Shown: piece by piece, positions 59,233 through 64,000 of the stretch
Layout: each line of letters starts with the position of its first letter
How positions within the stretch are numbered: position 1 is the stretch's first letter
Position numbers and translations under genes: made by a program
Source: Candidatus Bathyarchaeia archaeon
Lineage (GTDB): Archaea; Thermoproteota; Bathyarchaeia; Bathyarchaeales; Bathycorpusculaceae
Direction of reading: 5' to 3'
Assembly (NCBI GenBank): GCA_050012255.1
Contig: JBEKHN010000001.1
Location: 224,001-288,000 of the forward strand
DNA length: 64,000 bases
Notes under the pieces: model-generated
What the model was told of the DNA's origin: nothing
The model's database searches: none
The model's input: only the letters and a program-made list of their open reading frames with translations

Positions 59233-59421
59233 GCGCATGCGTGTTCCCAAAACGTTGAAAATGGTGTTTGTTCCTCTTTCATGATTTGATGGCAGTTTTG
59301 GGCCGCATATCTGTTCTGCGGGCGTGTTTGGGCGGAAATCCTATGCCTCTTATCATCCCTCAACACGGCCAAGAGTAGCCTATCAAACAAACCTGCACCA
59401 GACCCAGACAGGCAAAAGCAA
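59233..59421 (+). mobile_element. Degenerate, internally deleted copy of MITE family B
   Basis: GCGCATGCGTGTTCCCAAAACGTTGAAAATGGT left end; CACGGC..GAG..GCCTATCA...AGGCAAAAG block shared with 58130-58190. Confidence 0.65.
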
Positions 59422-59531
59422 GCGACTCACGAAGCAAAGGGTAAGCAACAATCTATCGGTAGTAGGACTTTCCTGCAATAGAGGTAGTCAACGCGGCTTA
59501 CAAGAATGAGAGTACGGTAAGAGTTATCTTC

Positions 59532-59630
59532 CTATCTTCTCTTCTGTTTCTTTCCGCCGCGAGCTCTTCTCGCCTGATGCCCCTTCTGCCTATCGATTGA
59601 TTTTCCCATAGGCTTACTTCTCCTACTCAT
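59532..59630 (-). CDS. Very small basic peptide (32 aa)
   Basis: GGAGGTGA SD 5 nt before ATG; overlaps upstream stop; MSRRSKPMGKSIDRQKGHQARRARGGKKQKRR. Confidence 0.55.
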   Translation of the reverse strand: MSRRSKPMGKSIDRQKGHQARRARGGKKQKRR

Positions 59631-59910
59631 TTTCGTCACCTCCGCCTGAAGTTTGCTCGAGAACTGATTCCGCTCCTCTCGGATGCTTCTCCATCCAATT
59701 CAACGCATAGGCTTCTGCTTTCGATGCAGTCGCATACGCTGGTGATATAGCCTCTCCTTTATCATCAACCCTTACCCTGGGAAACAGCAGCACGACGTAT
59801 TGCGCTCCAAACTCTTTCTTTGTGACGACCAGATTCTGTCCCGTGGTCTCATTCACGAATCCTCGCTGTCGGTCCATTTTTCTCCAGCCTTCTACTATTT
59901 TCAATGACAA
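59623..59910 (-). CDS. Hypothetical protein
   Basis: GAGGA SD and TTG 59910; (M)SLKIVEGWRK...WMEKHPRG; start shortened relative to the ORF track. Confidence 0.65.
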   Translation of the reverse strand: MSLKIVEGWRKMDRQRGFVNETTGQNLVVTKKEFGAQYVVLLFPRVRVDDKGEAISPAYATASKAEAYALNWMEKHPRGAESVLEQTSGGGDENE

Positions 59911-59942
59911 TTCCTCAGTCGTTCTTCTTTGGCCAGCAGGCC

Positions 59943-60587
59943 CTAAGAGCTGATCACGGCTTTCACCTGACAGCTTGACTCGTCGACGCTGCTGAGCAAG
60001 CTCTTTTTTCCAATGTTCAATTGCCTTTGGCCTTTGAACGTAGAAGCCCTTGCATTCTCGATCTGAATGGTGTCTCCAGCAGAAATGCAACGTATCTGCT
60101 CGTTCCAAAGACACAGTCTGATCGTTCCGGTTTCATCTGCTATCAGGGCATTTGCCACGCTCGCATAGTTTCCATAGCGCGTGTAGACCATGGTTGGCTT
60201 CGGAATCTCCAAGACCTTGGCCTTCAGACAAACCTGCGTCATCCCACTCCGCAGATCTCTGATTGGAAGAAGCGATGATTGCCTAGCCTTCTTGGCCAGG
60301 AATCTGCGTATCTTGTCAGTTTCCATGAAGTCTCTAATGGGGTGGCCTTTCTCCAAGAGGAATTCCTTAAATACTGAAAGCTGTGCAACAACTTTGGAAC
60401 TCGTCAGAATTAGAAACATGACCTTGTCCCGTGTTTCGCCCCGCCACTCGATTGAAAGGTCTCCGCACCTGGATTTTTCACTTTCTTCTGCCAAGATCAA
60501 CGCGTTGAAGAGCCTGTCGGGGTCGACATCATATTTTGCTGAAAGAAACGCGAGGTATTCGTTGGTTGATGTATTTTTCCTTCTCAA
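59943..60587 (-). CDS. OB-fold ssDNA/RNA-binding protein (RPA/SSB-like) with N-terminal extension
   Basis: IRDLRSGM..V.LKAKVLE, IADETGTIRLCLWN and QLNIG motifs. Confidence 0.85.
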   Translation of the reverse strand: MRRKNTSTNEYLAFLSAKYDVDPDRLFNALILAEESEKSRCGDLSIEWRGETRDKVMFLILTSSKVVAQLSVFKEFLLEKGHPIRDFMETDKIRRFLAKKARQSSLLPIRDLRSGMTQVCLKAKVLEIPKPTMVYTRYGNYASVANALIADETGTIRLCLWNEQIRCISAGDTIQIENARASTFKGQRQLNIGKKSLLSSVDESSCQVKAVISS

Positions 60588-60661
60588 ACCCTTTCACTCA
60601 TTCCCCAATGCTGAACATATTTCGGAAATACGGGTCAATTTCAAAGTAGACCTCAGATTGG

Positions 60662-60967
60662 CTACATCGTGAGGTAGCCTTTGAGTCTCAATTGTTCAGT
60701 CTGGTTCTTCCTGTACCGCCAGAATATGTCTCCTCGAGTGTCTGACTGGAAGTCCCAGGGGGAGACTAGCACGATGTCTCCGTCTCTGATCCACACGCGT
60801 CTCTTTAACTTGCCTCGGACTCTGCATAATCGTTCCTTTCCGTCTTGACACTTGACCATGATTCGGTCGAAGCCAAGCATTTTGACCGCCACGCCTAACA
60901 CGTCATTTTTGCTTGGGAACAACATGTTTTCCAAGTTTTCTTCGTTTATGACTTTTCTTTTACCCAA
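60662..60967 (-). CDS. eif1a: Translation initiation factor aIF-1A
   Basis: MLG, CQDGKERLCRVRGKLKRRVWIRDGD.VLVSPWDFQ and GDIFWRY motifs. Confidence 0.95.
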   Translation of the reverse strand: MGKRKVINEENLENMLFPSKNDVLGVAVKMLGFDRIMVKCQDGKERLCRVRGKLKRRVWIRDGDIVLVSPWDFQSDTRGDIFWRYRKNQTEQLRLKGYLTM

Positions 60968-61238
60968 TTTTTCCACCTCCAAACCATGAGAACATGATTC
61001 CATGATAGCTAGACTAGTCAGAACGATCAGAGAAAAAGCGTACTTCGCGATTAGACTCTTCCTCTAGAGAATCCCAACTGCTGCTAAAGGATGCGTCGCC
61101 AAGTATATAGGTCTATGCAGGCAGATTTGTGAAAGTGTCATCTGACACACACATCGTGCTCAGACCAGCGAGTTTCTCGAGTCTTTCGGCCTTTGGTCTG
61201 GGCGCGCTCAGACTCGTTTTTCGCTGGAAAGCATCATA

Positions 61239-61511
61239 TTACCGGCAGAAGACATTAGTGGGCTCTAGCTCCTTTCTTCCTTTCCAGTCTTCTCCTCGTC
61301 GTGCCCATGCCTGTTTCGGATCAAAATTGAAGCTCGTACTCTTATTTTCTGATCGCTTGAGCATGCGTTTCGAGAAGCAGGTTCTACAGTAAACTGGTTT
61401 GCTTACCGTAGGCTCGAAAGACACAGCGTTGCCGTTGCCACAGTCCGTACAAATGACTTCGAACATTCCTTTTTGGAACGCGTAAATCACCCCTGTTGGT
61501 GTTGAGCGCAA
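61239..61511 (-). CDS. CxxC-x17-CxxC zinc-ribbon protein with C-terminal extension
   Basis: MFEVICTDCG...VSFEP..KPVYCRTCF; true start probably downstream of the ORF start. Confidence 0.8.
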   Translation of the reverse strand: MRSTPTGVIYAFQKGMFEVICTDCGNGNAVSFEPTVSKPVYCRTCFSKRMLKRSENKSTSFNFDPKQAWARRGEDWKGRKELEPTNVFCR

Positions 61512-61567
61512 TTGGAAAATGTGAAAAATAGAAAAAAACGATGCTAAGCTAGAGTTGTTGGCTTAGC

Positions 61568-61708
61568 TTAGAATCTTCTTCTTGGTGGTCCTCGTTTCGA
61601 ATAGCAATCTCGACAGTAAACAGGTCTGCTTGGGTCAGGCTTGAATGGAACTTCACAGTCTTTTCCACAATCAGCACAGACTGCCTTATGCATTTCTTTC
61701 TCTGCCAT
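61568..61708 (-). CDS. CxxC-x17-CxxC zinc-ribbon protein (46 aa, below ORF-track cutoff)
   Basis: Manual translation MAEKEMHKAVCADCGKDCEVPFKPDPSRPVYCRDCYSKRGPPRRRF; GGAG SD. Confidence 0.9.
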   Translation of the reverse strand: MAEKEMHKAVCADCGKDCEVPFKPDPSRPVYCRDCYSKRGPPRRRF

Positions 61709-61870
61709 ATACTATTTCAACTCCTGATATGCTGCTGTGCAAAAATCGCTTCTTACACGCTGCGCTAAGATTCGCGTCGGGGCTTATAAACAGAGCACCC
61801 TCAAATCGAGAAGTTATACATGTTTAAGAGCGAGACATGCGTTAGAAGGGTGTTGCAGTGGGGTATGCTT

Positions 61871-62140
61871 ATGTCTCAACCTGTTTATGGAACAATAGTG
61901 AACTATCGAATAGGCATCAGAACACAGATGCCAAAATGGTGCCTCATCCAAATCATGGGTGAAAATACAGTATCTAACGCAGGCCAGCTAGTTGGGCGAA
62001 AAATGATCTTGAAATTCGGAAAGAAAAGCTTCATCGGCAGAATCATGGACTTGCACGGCAAGAAAGGCGTTGTCAAAGTCAAATTCCGCGAAGGCGTACC
62101 TGGACAAGCACTAGGGGCAAGAGTCGAACTGCTTGGCTAG
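61871..62140 (+). CDS. rpl35ae: 50S ribosomal protein L35Ae (eL33)
   Basis: G.IVNYR.G..TQ, LVGRK and GRI...HG..GVV.VKF...VPGQALG motifs. Confidence 0.9.
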   Translation: MSQPVYGTIVNYRIGIRTQMPKWCLIQIMGENTVSNAGQLVGRKMILKFGKKSFIGRIMDLHGKKGVVKVKFREGVPGQALGARVELLG

Positions 62141-62453
62141 CGCGCGCCTTGCATTAAACTTGCTTGTTTCCGTTTGAACGTAAAGTACGCTTCTTAGACT
62201 AGAGCACGGGCCCTTTCCCCAGCACCATATGGCGTGCTGACACCATAGTGGCGATATCTCCCGCCAATCCCTCTTTTTTATACCACACGCACGCTCCACA
62301 TTAGCGCCCGCGACGACTTCAATAACTATAGACAGGTATGCCTAGCAGCTAAGCTATATAAGTGATGTTGAGAATATTGAGATGCACATTCCAGATCTAT
62401 TATTTTAGCGATAGATTTGTCGAGTGAAAAAAAGCAGAGTGGAAACAAGCTAG

Positions 62454-63143
62454 ATGGCTAAGCAGATTTGGAGAGCTAGAGGCAGGCCTCTTAACAGCAT
62501 GCCTTCATACAAAGATGGAAGGATTCTGGAGAACCTTGCCAGAATCGCGATGCAGCATAAGGTTGATTCGAGTGAATTCTTCAATCGCGTTGTCGAAGCT
62601 TGGAATCACGACGGGTCAGAATGTGCGCAGTTGGCTATAAAATGTCGTAAGAAGACGAAAAATTCAGCGATTTTTCTCTTTACCAACGGTCGGAAGCGCG
62701 CGCGGAAGGTTATAGCTCAATTTCCGATATCGATTGCCATCTTGCAAGGAAAGAATCAGCTCGAAAGCTACACAGAAACAATTTTGGCCAGAACTTCCTC
62801 AGTCAAGAATTTCGAGGGGGTAACCTCGAAGATTGGTAACTTGAAAGTCGGAATGAGAAAAGTCAGCCTGAAAGCAGAAGTGCTCGAGATTCCAGAATCT
62901 AAAATCGTCTACACGAGATATGGAACGACGGCTTGTATATCAAATGCACTTATCAAAGACGAAACTGGTTCAATGAAAATGAGTTTATGGAACCACCAGA
63001 TCAGCATGGTGCATAAGGGCGACGTAGTTGACATCAAAAATGGCAAAGTAACCTGGTTCAGCGGCGAAAGGCAGTTGCGACTGGGGAGAAGCGGAAGCTT
63101 AAGCGTCATCGAATGCGCGCGCACTATAAGAAGTGATTTTTAA
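62454..63143 (+). CDS. OB-fold ssDNA/RNA-binding protein, paralog of 59943-60587
   Basis: IGNLKVGMRKVSLKAEVLEIP, VYTRYG and DETG..KMSLWN motifs. Confidence 0.85.
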   Translation: MAKQIWRARGRPLNSMPSYKDGRILENLARIAMQHKVDSSEFFNRVVEAWNHDGSECAQLAIKCRKKTKNSAIFLFTNGRKRARKVIAQFPISIAILQGKNQLESYTETILARTSSVKNFEGVTSKIGNLKVGMRKVSLKAEVLEIPESKIVYTRYGTTACISNALIKDETGSMKMSLWNHQISMVHKGDVVDIKNGKVTWFSGERQLRLGRSGSLSVIECARTIRSDF

Positions 63144-63703
63144 TGCCGAAGACTAAAGCCATAGTACACATTCAAAACGTTGTTGCTTCTGCTACATTAG
63201 ACCAGAAGGTTGACTTGAACGCTGTGGTGAAGAGTTTCCCAGGAGTTGAGTATCGTCCAGAACAGTTCCCAGGACTTGTGTTTAGGCTTAAGAGACCGAA
63301 GACCGCCACGCTGATCTTCAACTCTGGAAAAATGGTGTGCACTGGAGCGAAATCGGAAAAAGAAGCGCGCAGGGCAGTTATGACAGTTGTTAAAGAGCTG
63401 AAAAGGAGTGGAATAATCATCATCAGCAAACCCGAGCTTAAAATTCAGAACATTGTTGCCTCCGTAAGCTTAGGCGGAAAGGTAGATTTGGAACAGGCAG
63501 TTGGCAAGCTTGGAAAAACCATGTATGAACCGGAGCAGTTTCCAGGATTGATCTACAGGATGGACGAGCCTAAGGTGGTCATACTGATATTCGCAAGCGG
63601 AAACCTTGTCTGCACCGGAGCGAAGAAAGAACAGGACGTTTACGACGCAGTGCAAAAGCTTCACGAAAGCTTAGAGGAACAAAACCTCATATTCTACGAA
63701 TAG
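63143..63703 (+). CDS. tbp: TATA-box-binding protein
   Basis: Two repeats IQNVVAS...EY.PEQFPGL...LIF.SG..VCTGAK. Confidence 0.97.
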   Translation: MPKTKAIVHIQNVVASATLDQKVDLNAVVKSFPGVEYRPEQFPGLVFRLKRPKTATLIFNSGKMVCTGAKSEKEARRAVMTVVKELKRSGIIIISKPELKIQNIVASVSLGGKVDLEQAVGKLGKTMYEPEQFPGLIYRMDEPKVVILIFASGNLVCTGAKKEQDVYDAVQKLHESLEEQNLIFYE

Positions 63704-63775
63704 AACTTCATACGTTAATGGCCTAGCGCACGCTAAGATCCTAAAACCCAAGAAAGGTCCATGTTGAAGCAGGAG

Positions 63776-63991
63776 TTACTTGAACGATCGATCGACTTCA
63801 AGGTTTGTTGGCATAAAATGAAGCCTAAATGATTTTGCAGCCTTCAACTTGGCTTGTTCGTACTCCTTCTCAACTCCATAGTAAAGTAGATTGGCCGCTT
63901 CTCTCGCAATTCTTTTTCTTGAACTGATAGAATCGACTGTCACGAATTCACCGAAAAACTCCGGGATAGACGTCGGACTACCCCGCTCCAA
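63776..63991 (-). pseudogene. N-terminal fragment of an archaeal nucleotidyltransferase-domain protein
   Basis: RIAREAANLLY.G.EKEY.QAK.KAA...PTNLEV followed by an early stop. Confidence 0.5.
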
Positions 63992-64000
63992 GCTTAGCGT

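Overview
Archaeal chromosomal window, most consistent with Bathyarchaeia/TACK (eS25, eL33/L35Ae, TFE-beta, HMf histone, HdrABC, PEF-CTERM surface proteins); the taxon is inferred from gene content. Housekeeping blocks (eS1-serS-pcc1-DHH-uS15; ETF/acyl-CoA dehydrogenase/HdrABC; TrpB2; glyoxylate/glycerate genes; NAD genes; proteasome beta; KEOPS; aIF-1A/TBP) alternate with accessory patches at about 3.4-8.4, 9-15, 26.2-27.5, 41.2-48.3 and 57.1-59.5 kb. The clearest hidden structure is a complete 6,570-bp IS6-family cargo transposon (41763-48332). It has 24-bp terminal inverted repeats, an 8-bp target duplication and a single SWIM/Zn-finger DDE transposase, and carries a type IIG-like restriction-modification gene, two small unannotated DNA-binding genes and an unknown two-gene nuclease-like module. 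A 635-bp non-autonomous relative lies at 26.6 kb. A second, independent signal is a strong excess of (CG)n runs. These form the ends of two MITE-like families, mark accessory-gene junctions, truncate a solo cas1 and form a 12-bp insertion scar in one OB-fold paralog. No tRNA, rRNA or CRISPR array was recognised. All assignments come from reading motifs by eye; no database searches were run.
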